NCBI GenBank assembly: GCA_002104905.1
Contig: MCFE01000424.1
Location: 13,587-77,586, forward strand
DNA length: 64,000 nt
From: Basidiobolus meristosporus CBS 931.73
Taxonomy: Eukaryota > Fungi > Basidiobolomycota
Reading direction: 5' to 3'
Shown: in pieces, positions 25,808-38,716 of the stretch
How the letters are laid out: the number at the start of each line of letters is the position of its first letter
Position numbering within the stretch: the first letter of the stretch is position 1
The notes under the pieces: generated by a model
The model's database searches: none
Told to the model about the DNA's origin: nothing
What the model saw: only the letters and a program-made list of their open reading frames with translations
Position numbers and translations under genes: made by a program

Positions 25808-27895
25808 CTAATAATAACTGCCAACTACACAATGGCGCGGGAAATACCCTTTAACGTTAGGGTTTCTGGTCCGATTGTAGCCTATGAACCACTGATCGCT
25901 AACTTCCTCGGTGATGATCAGCTCATCGTCCGGTTGCACCAATAATTCATTTGGTCTCTCGGGCATGTATGGCTCGATGGCGGTCATGATGAACAGCGGC
26001 TGCTCTGAGTTGGGATTTATCTCCTTTCGGAGGTACAGAGCCGGATTCAGGTTCGGCTGAGGGCGGTTAACATCGTTTCCATTCAAACCTACTATCAGCG
26101 TTTCTAAATAGGTGGAATATCAGTATCAGATCAATGCTATAAATGTCCACGGCAATTACCTTCCAGGTCGTCCTCCCTGATCCCGGTTCCAGTGCTTGAG
26201 GAAGTGACTGTGCTTCTTATGGTATTGTTTCTATCTAGATTGGTGTTGTTCATCAATTTGGTATCTTGACGGGCTGGTATCTGTGATGTGGCAAGCCTAT
26301 CAAGCTCCGGGTTCCTCTGGGGACAAATCGGTGATGCCGTAAATTCCCCAGGGGCAGGCTTTGGAGCAGGCGGCGGCATGGATGTTGGCATCTCCTGGGA
26401 AGACAAGGCTCTGCCAACTCCTTGCGTCAATTCTGTAGGCTGAGGAAGAGCCTGCCTTTCCTGTCCCAGTGGTGGGGTATCTGGTCTACTTCTGGAGTGC
26501 TCCAGGGAGTAACGAATATATTGATGCTCCAAAGCATTCGTGGGGCTAACAATGGCATCTGTGCTACCAAAGCTGGGATGCGAGCTCACTCGAGAAGTGG
26601 CGGCCGATCTCTGAATAGAGTCGACTTGGGACTCGGTGGGAGAGGGGGATCGGTAGAAAGATTCACTATATCTGTGCAGAACCGGAGTTACTGCCTCGGC
26701 ATTAGCAGCACGCTCAATATCAAAACTAGGATCATTCCGTTGCGCGGTTGGGGTGATTGCCATGGCATTCATGCGGGAGCCACCACGATACCCAGGGGTG
26801 GGTGCTGTCGACATAGCAGTACTATCAGCTCCGAAATCAACGGTGGTGAATTGCTTTCTCTTCCTAGAGTATTGATACCAAATCAGCCCGGCTATTACAG
26901 CAAGACCAGCCGAACCTCCCACAACACCGCCAACAATGGCGCCAGTATGATTACTATGCGATTTTTCAGTAGATGGCCCTGAGCGTGCCATTGGGACGGT
27001 TAATGGGCTTGGACTTGAACCTGCACTTTCCGAAATGGAGGAATCACCTTTGCTGGAGCTGATGGCGCCATTAGTGGGCAAGGAGTGGGCAACATCATGT
27101 GTAGGTGTGTGCACATTGTTGGCAGAGCTCTCAGCCTTCGAGACACCGCTTGGTTTGACGGCAGATGCCAAAGATTTGGTTGGCTCTACAGGTTTATGAG
27201 ACTCCTTAGGATGTGCTTCAGTAGGCTTGTGGTCTTCGGTTGACGTCTTGGATTCATGCGTGACTTCATGTGTTTCAGATGGCTTGGGAGTATGGTGCAC
27301 TTCAGTGTGTTTACTGGGCGAGTCGGTAGGTTTATGTGGCTCAGTTGGCTTAAGGCTTTCGCTGGGCTTATGGGTTGGTTCAGTCTCTTTCTCAGGCTTC
27401 TCTGCAGGCTTATGCGCCTCGGTTACTTTGGCTGGAGGCGTTGAAGGCTTTTCTGGTTCCGTGTGGTGTTGAGTTGACTTTGGTGGTTGAGCTTCTGCTT
27501 TGTGAGATTCGCCAGATTTGTCGTCTGTTGGCGACTTCTTGGAGTCATCGTGGACATCTTTATCTGGAGTAGCATCGTGATGTGCTGGATTTTTTTGGGA
27601 GAAGATATATTAACGATGCAATGCAGATGAGGTTCCACAAAATCACAATATACCTTCAGGGGGATCAGAATCGTGTTTGCTATCCTGCGGTGGGGGAGTC
27701 TGTGCTGACAGCTCAAATCCTGAATGTGTTGTTAAGTTTGGTCAATCGACATAGGAAAGAAGACAGTTATTTCCGACCTTGCTGGCACTGGGCACCCTCG
27801 CAACGGCTCAAATCGAGTACTGGGTTGGCTGAACTCTGTATGGCTGAACATGAGATGGCGGTTAGCGCCAAAAGCACTGTTGTCTTTATTTGCAT
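25808..27895 (-). CDS. Type I membrane protein: signal peptide, H/K/P/S/T/E-rich ectodomain, single TM, C-terminal SH3 domain (Fus1-like architecture)
   Basis: ATG at 27895 (MQIKTTVLLALTAISCSAIQSSA); three GT-AG introns read by eye; TM GAIVGGVVGGSAGLAVIAGLIWYQY then SRKRK; SH3-like TAIEPYMPERPNELLVQPDDELIITEEVSDQWFIGYN..KGYFPRHCV. Confidence 0.85.
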
Positions 27896-30313
27896 CCCTT
27901 TCGCTTTTTAAACTATATATGAAGGCGGAGGAACAACGTGGCAACGTGATATGAACACGCTTCAAACAGATTTGGACGGGTCTTCGGGTTTGGGGATGTA
28001 CGACGGATGAAGGCAGCGATGCGATGTCGCAGGCCTTTGATTACAATTACAGAGTATTCGGTACAAGTGCTCGATCACTTTTTGCTCAAGGCCAAGGCCA
28101 GAATGCAGTATCTTAAATATGAATCCGGCCCTGCATTGCGATCGGATAAAGATCCTATCAGATGACCAAGTTTAGGTAAAAAAGCTGTAAGAATATTTTA
28201 AGAAGTAAAGTCCAAGCCACTTGGGATCTCCAAGTTCCAAATCTGATTCTATAATGGTTCTGTCCGTTGACCAAAATGGAACTCAAGCTAAAAATAAAGA
28301 GTGGTGCTAACTATTAAGCGTGAAACAAACTCCAAAGCTTGTCAAGGAGTCAGGTGAACGCGATCGAATACTTCGCGCTGCTCAACTTTATTTGAAGAGT
28401 GCTCTGGATTGGGAGGAGAAGTACGCAGCCACGCTTCACTCTTTGTGCCACCAATCATTGCCGGTAACCAATAAGTTCAATCGATTTTCTTACGCATCTA
28501 CAAGCATGATGACAAAGTGTGTTGAATGCGCCTGGCCTAGTGTCAGCAAACCACGGGCTCAGGTCAGTTCAACTAGCCATTCACTTAAATCACAGAATGG
28601 CCATGTGGAAAATAGGAAGGCTTGTTTCGAAAGTTCTCATATATTTAACATGTAGTTGAATAGAAATGATTTACTACGGTATAAAAATTTCGACCATTTT
28701 GGATATTTTCTATATTTGAGAGATAAGAAATGGAATATCGAAAAAATGTACGCGTCGATGCAACTAGACTCTCAAGTGAAAATCCAATCTGTCGATGGCC
28801 CACCAACAGCTAAAGTCCATTGGCGGAGTAGATATCCTTTGAAAAAGGAATTCCGTGTTCCAATGCTAAAACGGGTCCGCTCGTTGCTGAAGTTTGGTTC
28901 GCATAAAGGTTGCCCGAGTTTAAAATAGCTTACTACTTTACCCTTCGAGGAAAGTTGTTTCTATTGTGATGCTCCCAGTGCTGTGTTCCAGATGTTGTAA
29001 ATGGTATCATTGTACATGTGAGTATCGCTATGTAGATTAGCTAGTAATTCTTCAGCACTTTATTTGCAGCGTCAAGATCAATCACTAGTATTATCAGCGA
29101 GCAGCTATTATGCATAGCCACGTGGAGCAAATAAGCACAACTGTAGTGTTTAGTTATTGGAAAGAAGAAAGCAGATTAAGCACGGTAACAACCAACTGCT
29201 AGCTGTGATCAATGGAGGACTTGCTGAGTAATTTCTACGATATTCCACACTGCTTTTAGCGTTTTTGCGTTCTGCGTATTTGAAAGCCGACGTGTTGATC
29301 TTTTTGATTCTTTTTCCATGCCAAATAATATTTCCGAGGTATGACGCCATTCATACCCAACGTGACCGTCAGTACTCAGGTACCAAGAAAATCGTAGAGC
29401 CATAGAACAGATATCTAGAACTATGAAACTCCACGATTCTTTCAAACCAACCAACCATGGGTGAGATATGCCTAATTGGATCAGAGAATTGATTTATGCC
29501 GACTTTCATCTGTTTTAGGTTGGAAGGGATCTCATTGGAGCTGGGGCTCAAAAGCCCATATTTTCTTGGTTTCCGATTGAGAACACGATATTATCCCTAT
29601 GCTGTAATTTCACCCACAGATTCGCGGCATGGCAGCAGTCTATGCTTCCACGAAACGGTTGTACAAGTGCAGCAAATACAATATTATCTATGGATCTGAC
29701 CCGTATGAATTTGAGATTAGCCCTATAATCAACTGAGTTTTGAATGCCATAACCGATCTGTTGTACATCATCGAATGTGCTACATTTAATATTCTTGTTC
29801 TCCACAGTACTCCCATGCCACTAGTGATCCATCCGCTTAGGAGCTAATCTCATCTCACCGTGTATCTGATACGTTCGTGCTGGCATTTTGTGCTCGTGAT
29901 AATGATCACATGGGTTCGACGGGCGAATTTTGCTTTGGGTGTCTGACCGAGTGTCCACTTGGTATTTTCAAGTGATCAGTGACTAAATAAAGCATACCAC
30001 ACATATCAAGTCGAGAGACAAGGCAAACCAAACTATATGGCGCTGGGGAGGTTGCCGCTATGAGGTGTATAGTCGCTGCTGAGATACCCACATCAAAGAT
30101 TGGGTGGTCGAAAGCCATCCTTCTCATAAGTGCGTGCTTTAAATGTGGCTGATCCAGGAAATTCATTTGGGTTCAACTCCTTTATTTTTCACTACCATAT
30201 CGAATCAACACAGGATATCACTTCAGGTGCGATTGCTCTTTTCCATACTGGCTAGTTATTGATCAAGGTGAACAGGCAGCGGAGGTTACTCCAACTCAGA
30301 TCGATAAGATGGC

Positions 30314-30562
30314 TTAAACGTGGGCTTGTAATCGAGCAGTCTGCTTGGACTTGGAGTATTGGATCCGTGATTGCTCCAACATGGAACGCATCGTTCCAAA
30401 TCCAGTGATGGACGAATGCTTACGAACTTTTGAGTGAGCAGAGGGAGTGGAGTTCGCCATGAACTTTTTGATAATTTCTCTCTTGCGGAGTTGACTTGCC
30501 TGAAGTTTCTGCGAGTATTCATTAAGGTGTAGGTTTTGAATGATTCTGGTGGGGTTGGTCAT
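30314..30562 (-). CDS. Small basic 82-aa hypothetical protein
   Basis: ATG-TAA ORF (MTNPTRIIQNLHL..); TATAAATA on the minus strand at 30683-30690; no homology recognised. Confidence 0.35.
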   Translation of the reverse strand: MTNPTRIIQNLHLNEYSQKLQASQLRKREIIKKFMANSTPSAHSKVRKHSSITGFGTMRSMLEQSRIQYSKSKQTARLQAHV

Positions 30563-31477
30563 GATATTATTGTTGGCTAGTTACAAAGAAAGCTGGATGA
30601 ATCGATATTTCCAGTCGGCTTGGTGTTGTAGAATTGGAGAAGCGAGAGTGGTTTGTGTGCGGTATTCTTTAGTCCGCTGCCATATTTATAGATGGGTGTC
30701 GCTGTGTATGCGGGCGCTGGGTCATGTGGCTGATACCAGATGATCTCTGTATCGCAATTCAGCAATCAAACGAACAATGCTCGGTAAGAAACGTAGCCAT
30801 CCAGAGGCGTTCTTATGAATTTTCATTTCGTTGTGGGTTTATTCCTATCTACCAAGCTCTGTATCCGATACGCAGGAGTAGAGTGAGCTGAATGAATGTG
30901 GGAATGTGCGCCACTGTGTTGATGGTGGTTTTATCTAGGCAAGCAAGTCATAGGATTACACACAAATAGGTGCATGTGATATCGACAAATGCCTAGCATC
31001 CCCTATTCCGCGCTAATTCGCCAAGCACTATTCCCACCATTCATTAGCCACTCGGTGCATAGCGACCCCTAGCAATTCCGTCTCGAGGCCACCCATGCAC
31101 CTCGATAGTTGCATAAATAAAGCTGGTTGCTATTCATTTGGTTTATCTATGGAGTGGTGGATCTAGCGGTTGTGACTAGGGATCCTTGAACCGAGATCAT
31201 ATCCACACAAGTCTGAGCTCAGTGTCCGGATAAAATGTATAGCATCCGGAGAACAGTCCAATAGTGGAACCAGAAATGACCGAACCAGGTCCTCAACCAA
31301 CCATTGTTCTTCACAGCATTCGTCTATTCCGGATGAAGTGAATATGTAAGCAGAAAAAAATAAAGGTGTATTGCATTTATACTTTTCTTAGGTTTCGACC
31401 GCTTTATTTGTCTACTTGAGACTCACCTTCTTACCGTCTAGTAGGAGTGTCATCACCGATACCCATCAAATTCACCA

Positions 31478-31869
31478 TGGCCAAGCGTCGAAATACAACC
31501 GGGAAGAGGAAGAGAGTTAGTACGATTCAAACCGCCAATAGCAGAAAAACGACCAAAACAAAGCCCGACTCCTGTGGCAAAGAGCCTCGAGAGCACCGTC
31601 GTAAGGGGATTCCTACCCGTTCGCCCTCGAAGGACGATCCTCGTAGGGGTATTATCTTCTCTTTCGTAACTTTACCAAACCTGGATACAACCGTACATAT
31701 CATTCGTAGACCCTCGGACTTCGATGCGGTAGAATCACCCTCTTCCACTAGCGCCCCTCCGAGTCAACGTAGTGGGCTTGTAAATAAGGTACCGCTCAAG
31801 GAACTTCCAGAAACTCCAAACATCACTTCCGCAAAGCGAGATGTTTCACTCCCTCAAGTTGTATATTGA
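31478..31869 (+). CDS. Small Lys/Arg-rich hypothetical protein with an NLS-like N-terminus
   Basis: ATG in ttcaccATGgcc context; MAKRRNTTGKRKR; about 130 aa open frame; no domain recognised. Confidence 0.3.
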
Positions 31870-33282
31870 GTGCTATCGAGTTTCCGGGGGGTTTAGACGG
31901 ACCTCCAGCATGTTTAAAATTACCGCTATTGGTTCTATCCTGCTTGTCCTGCGAAAAGCATTCGGGTGAACCAAGGCCAAAATGCTCCACGCTCCATGAA
32001 TAGAATATTGGTTGTTTTTGTAGTTTTGATTTCACAAGGGCTTATTTTTCTGGAAAGGAGTTCTCTTTAGTTTACTCCTTTCAACAAGTTCTCTTTAGAC
32101 AGTTTGCCTGTAAGCTTTTACCAAGTAAATTTATTTTGGTGTCTAGCATGTGCAATCAGAACGTGATACTGTTGACATAGGGGATTATTAGGGTTTAGTG
32201 AGTAGATATTTGATGATTGGGGGGAGTTCCCAGGGCTTCGAGTACAGTGTATGTTGATTTGGAAACAAAGAGCGACTCTGTTTCTTACCCCCGAAGGAGC
32301 GTTGTGTGCTTGACTTTGGGAACGAGAACCTCTAGGGTTTTCGACATTCTAAAATGAAGCTTGACCTCAAAATAACCCAAGGCAGTATTAAGTATATTCA
32401 TTAGCTGATTGGTGGCTTTCGAGTTGTCGAAAACACCGATCGAAATCGGCTGTTTATCTATCCTGCACAATCATCGTCAAGTAAGGTAACGGCCTTATTT
32501 GTGGTGGACGATGGAGCCTTGTGGGCAAGCAAAGTAACTTGTCCCAGCCAGTGCAATGGACTTGAGTGATTATGAGAACAGTAAGCAAAAGTTCTTCTGT
32601 GCTTCAGACTTGCACTGCCATCTAGTCCTGAATTTCGACATTATTGGAAGGGACAACTTCTACCAATCAAGGTATTTGGAGTGTTGGAGTCTACGTCAAA
32701 TGATGAGTGGTGCTATTTGGTACCCTCTTGACAAATCTCCTTACTGGGAATTTGGGCGTATTTACAATCATCAAATTCACCTCGAGTTGATTACAACTTC
32801 CACGAATGTTATGGAGAATACGAGAATCCATTGTGCTGAATTTAACTACGAAAATAACCAGCTACTGAGGCGATGCATTGTATGGTGATTTATCCAGAGT
32901 CATACGTCAGAAGGCTAAGCTTGATCAATTCTAGAGTGCGATGCTTTCTGGTGGCAAGATACTTGGTGCCTGTGAGATGCTTCAACTGACGACTGTTCCT
33001 GTGAAGATGGCCATCCAATTACCACTCGAAAAATGCATACAATTACCATTGTTTCAACTGCTTCATGTGGATGATATGGAGCCAAGTGCACCGTTTCCTA
33101 TCATAAGCCTCTACTCCAAGCCAAAGAACGGTTTGCCAGCTGGGTGTGTGGGTACTTGGGTGTAGAGCCACTTGCTCCTCTAATTTATTTATGCAAACTC
33201 CATCGATTTGATTCTAATCAGTGTTTTAGTGACCGATTTCGCACGAAATATTTTTTTATATTCTTGATGATATTTTGATTTA

Positions 33283-36200
33283 ATGGGAGAATACATGACT
33301 TGTATGCTTCGAAATAACCTGTGATATCTATAGCTGTACAGCACATGGATTATACTTCAGTCAATATCTTACAAATACTAGAAGAGTTTGGGGCACAAAG
33401 GAAAGACTTGAATAGTTCAACCTTGATTTCCAAAGGTGAAGTAGATTCTTCATCACTCAAGGTATGTAAAAGTGTAGTAAATCTGCATGGTGGCTCACCA
33501 TTGACCGTTTGTTTTGACCCGATTACGGCAAACTCAAAGACTGAGGGCGAACGGGCAGCCCAGCAATTTAGAGAAACAGAAGATCCTGAAGCCCGAGTCA
33601 GGCACGATTTTGTAATTGCTTTCTTCGATTATTACAATGCCAGCTAAACTTTACAAAAATACAGACTAGTGGTTCAGGAGCTGGGACTTGTTTTACTCTG
33701 TAGCGCCTGCTTTTTGGATAGGAGCATAGAGAGCACGCAAGACGAAAGGAAAATCCATCATTTATACATCCAACATCGATTTGGTTTGTTCATAGCTCCT
33801 GATAATGTCCCCGAGCTGGAGAAGATATTGAGATTTGTATTGGAAACACCCAACCAGTGGCTGAATGTGCTGGTATGAAAAAGAGATATGTCTGTATCAA
33901 TGACCCCGAGCTTACCGACCTTGATTATAGGATATATGCAAGTCGTTCACGCTCATACAAGCCACGGAGCTGGTGTCAGTGATCGTGAAGGAGAAGTTGA
34001 TTTTGAATGAGGTGTGTATCGGTAATTGACTAGCGATCTGCGAACGAGCAATATTTAACCAGTCAGCGTAGTTCGTTAAAGGACTGCTAGTGCACGAGTC
34101 ATACCTGCCGGAGTTTTACAAGGAACGGATTAGGTACGATTTTATCCGTCGGCAACATACCGTTGAAATCCAACCTTGACACTTTCCCGTTTTATAGCAA
34201 ATCAATCCTGACCATATGCCAGGCAATCCCTCACCGAGCACTCGCTATAAGATACTTGCTAACCACCGCCGAACAGCTACCTGACCTAGCACTTCGGATC
34301 ACGCTTGACTACTGTAACGATGAGGTAGGTCTCCATCAAGGTGTATTACCTTATTCTCCGGAACCTAGTGGCCCAGCTGATGACCCGTGTACTTCTAGAT
34401 TTCTTACTTGAATGCCATCTTCAACGGCAGTACCACATGGGTGATCCATTCGCTAAACAAGATGCAGGATGTATTGCTGGGACTCCAGAAAAAGCTCTTC
34501 AGCCACTTAGAAAGCGTGACGTTATCAAACGGCAGAACATCCCAGATCGACATGTGCCTGATATTGCGTGTGATATGTGCATTTGGTGGGCTACTTGCTG
34601 TCAAGATCCCCGAACAAGATGTGTTCAAATGTCTGGTATTGATCAAGAACGCCAAAACCCAGCGGTAAACACGCAGTATCAATTCCAAGATCCTTGAGAC
34701 GTGACTAACATGTACATTCTGTCATTTCCCCGTAGGCTGGTCAAATTGGCCTTGTGTTTTATCACAATATGCTACGAAAGCATCGTACGCTATTCGAAGG
34801 TATGGGTCCATCTCCGGTCTCATCAATAGCAGCTTCGTTCTCATGTATTCTCTTTGCCTGCCAATCACACAGAATACTCTCCTGGATACTCTTACGGAGA
34901 TCACCAAGATGGAGCATTCAGATACTGCATTGCTCTATGCAATCTATTTTCGCACAAACCAATTTGACCAGATAGAGAATATTGTCAAAACGACTCTTCA
35001 AATGGAGGTTTCTGTGTGTATCTTTTTTGAAATTCCTCATTGTTGAGCGCTTGAAGCGATGAATGGCTGGACTTGATGTTGAGCTTCCTTGACTTTCCCT
35101 CAAAGCTAAACTAGGCCTTGTAGAATTGAAGGAGATCTTCGCCAAAACCCTTTTTCCAGCAGATGCTCTGGCTCGACACGCTTTAATGCTCAAGCCTGCC
35201 AGCTTTGCCGACCTGGGGGTAACCTTGCCGCGATTCATTATCCATCCAGCCATGTTATTCACATTTCTTGCACAATTTCAATCAGACCATCGCTGAGGCG
35301 GAATCTTTAGCGTTAACGTGTTTTAATCAGTTACTTAACAGCCGCGTATTTCAAACATACGGGTTTGACATTCGGAGTTGGGTGTTTCAACGAATTATGG
35401 AGGCATCGCTTCCTATATCACCGCTTCTTGTAGAACTGATTCAAGAATACTCCTCCAGGTATTCTCTACTGTTGACACAGCCTCTTCAATCTCCATGTAT
35501 CTAACCAGGGCCATATTGCAGCATTCTATCCACAACAACGATTTCCAAAATTCCCGAGAAAGAGCTACAAGACATATTTTCCGAAACCGGTCCTATCTCG
35601 CAAAAGCAGATCCTTCTTTTGCTATATTTATTGAGCTACAATCAGAATGTCATCAGATTCAAGAAAGAGACTGGACAAATATCCGAACGTTCGTAGTGCT
35701 ACAACAGAATAGACAACCCTCGATGTACTCTGCTGACCTCTTGCATTTTGCAGAATATTCGGATAAATTAGTGGATTCCATTCATGTCATGCGGATGCTG
35801 ACATATACAGCGAACTTTCAGGGAGGTCTCGCTTATAAGCATCTATATCCGGATTTACTGGCCTTGACTTCGTTTCACTTTCCGTATCTGTTCAATGTAA
35901 CAAGCCTGCTGGTGGGAGAAGAAAGATTACTACAGTATGCAACCACTAATAATCATTGAAATCACACACCATACTAACAAACCCGTCAAGCTCCACTTCC
36001 GAAAGCCTGTCAATTGAACATCTTGAAAGCGCCATCACCTCGGCTCAATCAAACCCTGGGAAAATGCTTGCAAGTACGTTGGATTCTTTTCTTCACAGAT
36101 TGAAACTTTTTGAAAGAAACTGACACGTGGACTTGCAGTCATTAGTTCCTTGAATTCGAAAAGTTCCCAGGATTTACTTCCTCATTCCACGTCTTTAATG

Positions 36201-37702
36201 AAGCTTTTACTTCCATACCTTATATCAGAGAAGTATACTACGACTGTAAAGATTGATTGCCCAACATGTCGTTAACTCATTGTTTGTATCGGATGCAGTG
36301 TGGAGCTTAGAGTTTTAGAGGAATTCTACCAGCTATGGGAGAAACTGAATTCACTGATTCCTGAAGAACTTAGTTTGCTAACAATCAACCTGCTGAGCTC
36401 TACACCAGATTATGCATCGTAAATACACTGTGAATCTGGTAAATTGGCTATAGCTCACCTTTGTCTACAGGGAATGTACACCCCAAGACCTGTTCCGAGA
36501 CCCGTTGATCTTACTCAAGGTGCATACATCTGTATTCCGGAAACCTCCGCTATACCAGATTTTTGTAAGAGTATGTATTGACTGTCATTATCGCTCTTGG
36601 CGTGTATATATACTAAGCAACGACTACCCAGATCTTAGGTATATATATGTCCGCTTCACGTCAAAAATATCGCCGGCGTTTCCAAATGTATCATATCAAT
36701 AATGGCAAGGTGCGTATTCCTTCGAGCCCTTCGTAGATCCACTCCCGTTCACTTACGAGGTTCTGTAAATCAGCGTGTGGTATTCACTGAGGCCCATCTT
36801 ACGTCAATGTTGTATATCCAAGATACTGCTATCATGCAATATCTCTTAGACGCCTGTCAGAAAAGAATGGAAGACGAATTGCAACCAGGTAACCCTTCTG
36901 TCATTCGCTGGTGGATATTTCTTGCTCATCACTGACCGCTCCATTCCTGCTAGATGTTTTGGACGAGATTCGAGTAATCACTTGTGGATTTTTACACCAG
37001 ATTTTCCTTGACAACAAGCTATATATCAAGTTGATTCATTTCCAAACGTATAGCACGGAGCTGCTGCCAGTCACCACATTAGGAATCCCATCAATGCGTA
37101 TCCTTCTCCATCTCACACGTGCCCTTGGCTCGTCTTTTCCTGAACCCTCCTTAACTCAGCTAACCACAGATGTATGCATGGAATTTATTCCGGAACTATT
37201 GGCTCAGCCACAGGTTGACAAACAAATGTTCGGGTTGAGGCTATCTGGATATCTGTTCAAACGGTACCCGTTAGCATCTAGGTAGGTTCGCCTTTCACCC
37301 CCCCCCCGAGCAACCCTTTTTTGACTTAACCAACCTTTGCCCTTAGCTTCGGTTTGGCGAAAGATACGGTGATCCCCAAAATCCAAAGTATCGTTCTTAC
37401 CATCAATGCGGTACCGGAACAAATAGCAGGTCATCTGCCTAACATTGTGGAAATCACGGGAATGGTGGCTGAAGCGTTCCCTAATACGGTTGATCAATGT
37501 GTTGAAATTCTAACCGGTAGGGCCAATGTGCAATCACTCGGAGAGTTTGTCCCCGTTTTAACGAATCTCCATCGCTCAACCAGATATCCGAAACCAAACC
37601 AATCACTTGTCCTTCCCTAATGATGAAAATGAGGGTCAGAAAATGAAACTTAAAGAGTCTATCTCCGCAGTTCTCAAAGCCTTGGGACGGCCGGATAACT
37701 AG
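33283..37702 (+). CDS. INTS2: Integrator complex subunit 2 homologue (multi-exon; start approximate)
   Basis: Exon peptides match INTS2 motifs as I recall them: QF.ETEDPEARVRLVVQEL; FQGGLAYKHLYPDLL..FPYLF; CGFLHQIFLDNKLYIKLIHFQTYSTELLPVTTLGIPSM|HVCMEFIPELLAQPQVDKQMFGLRL..RYPL; AEAFPNTVDQCVEIL; stop TAG 37700-37702. Confidence 0.85.
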
Positions 37703-38443
37703 TGCCTCCAATACGAAGCCAACTTTCTAGGCTTACACAAGCCACGTATCCACAAGAACCATGTCCGAAACTATTCTAAGAGAAACTGAACATCCCTCAA
37801 GAGGTCAGCCATCATAGATGGATGCACCTATTCAATTCACCTGCTCCTAGATGTAATATAGCTTTCTTCTTACCAACCATATAAACGACTTTATCGCCAA
37901 GAGACGCGACCTTCACGAGAGTGCCTCGAAGCTTTGATTGTCATGCTGCCGTGACATAGCACCCCCCCCTCAATCAATAGTTGAAAATGTATGTGTGTGG
38001 ATAGATGCTATTTGTTCTACAAAAATTTCAAAGCTTGGTTGCAATCAAAGGACTCATCAACCAAGTAAATGAAACGATTCACGTGGCTACTGGATTTCAG
38101 TTAGCCAGCATTCGCGCGGTACGACCATTCGGCTCCAAGGCGGAACATCCGAGAACCAATACTGTAATAAGGGCCATCTCGAAAAGCATCACTCCTCGGG
38201 GGGGGGGAGCAAAATGGTTTCTCACCCAAAGCAGGCAGCTGGGGAAAAGTAAGAAGCGATGATCGATATGACTATTGCATTGGAAAGCAAAAAGGGGACC
38301 ACAAAAATGGATGCCATGCTAATGCACCACATCTAGGAGCTCTCTGATGATTAATGGGGATGAAATTGGATCAATCTTACTCCAGATACTTTTTATTCCA
38401 AATTGCGTGCTATGACGCTATGCAAGAATTCCGAAGTTGATTA

Positions 38444-38716
38444 TTAGAGCGAATCGAAAGAGCCACCAGCTTCGAGGTGCATGCGAATATGGCCACTTAT
38501 TGGGTCTCTGCTATACTGGATCATACAATTCGGCTCGAAGAAACATTTGAGAATGATTAGCGTTATGTAGGTTGGAACCAGTAGAATACAGAATGCTAGT
38601 GGTAACAAGATGTATTTTCGGCAAAACGGCGAAGTGCGAAATGCGACAATCGATATGACTATTGCTGTCAAAAGTGTAAGGTGGATAGAAGGAAAGGACA
38701 GCATGATGCTACCCAA
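38444..38716 (-). CDS. Small hypothetical membrane protein (two hydrophobic segments)
   Basis: ~86-90 aa ORF with hydrophobic IHLTLLTAIVISIVAF and YILLPLAFCILLVPTYITLIIL; no homology recognised. Confidence 0.35.
   Translation of the reverse strand: MGSIMLSFPSIHLTLLTAIVISIVAFRTSPFCRKYILLPLAFCILLVPTYITLIILKCFFEPNCMIQYSRDPISGHIRMHLEAGGSFDSL

Noticed and set aside
30146-30180. tRNA-like A box/B box (TGGCTGATCCAGG..GGTTCAACTCC)
   Set aside because: Boxes are only ~11 nt apart and no cloverleaf or acceptor stem can be formed.
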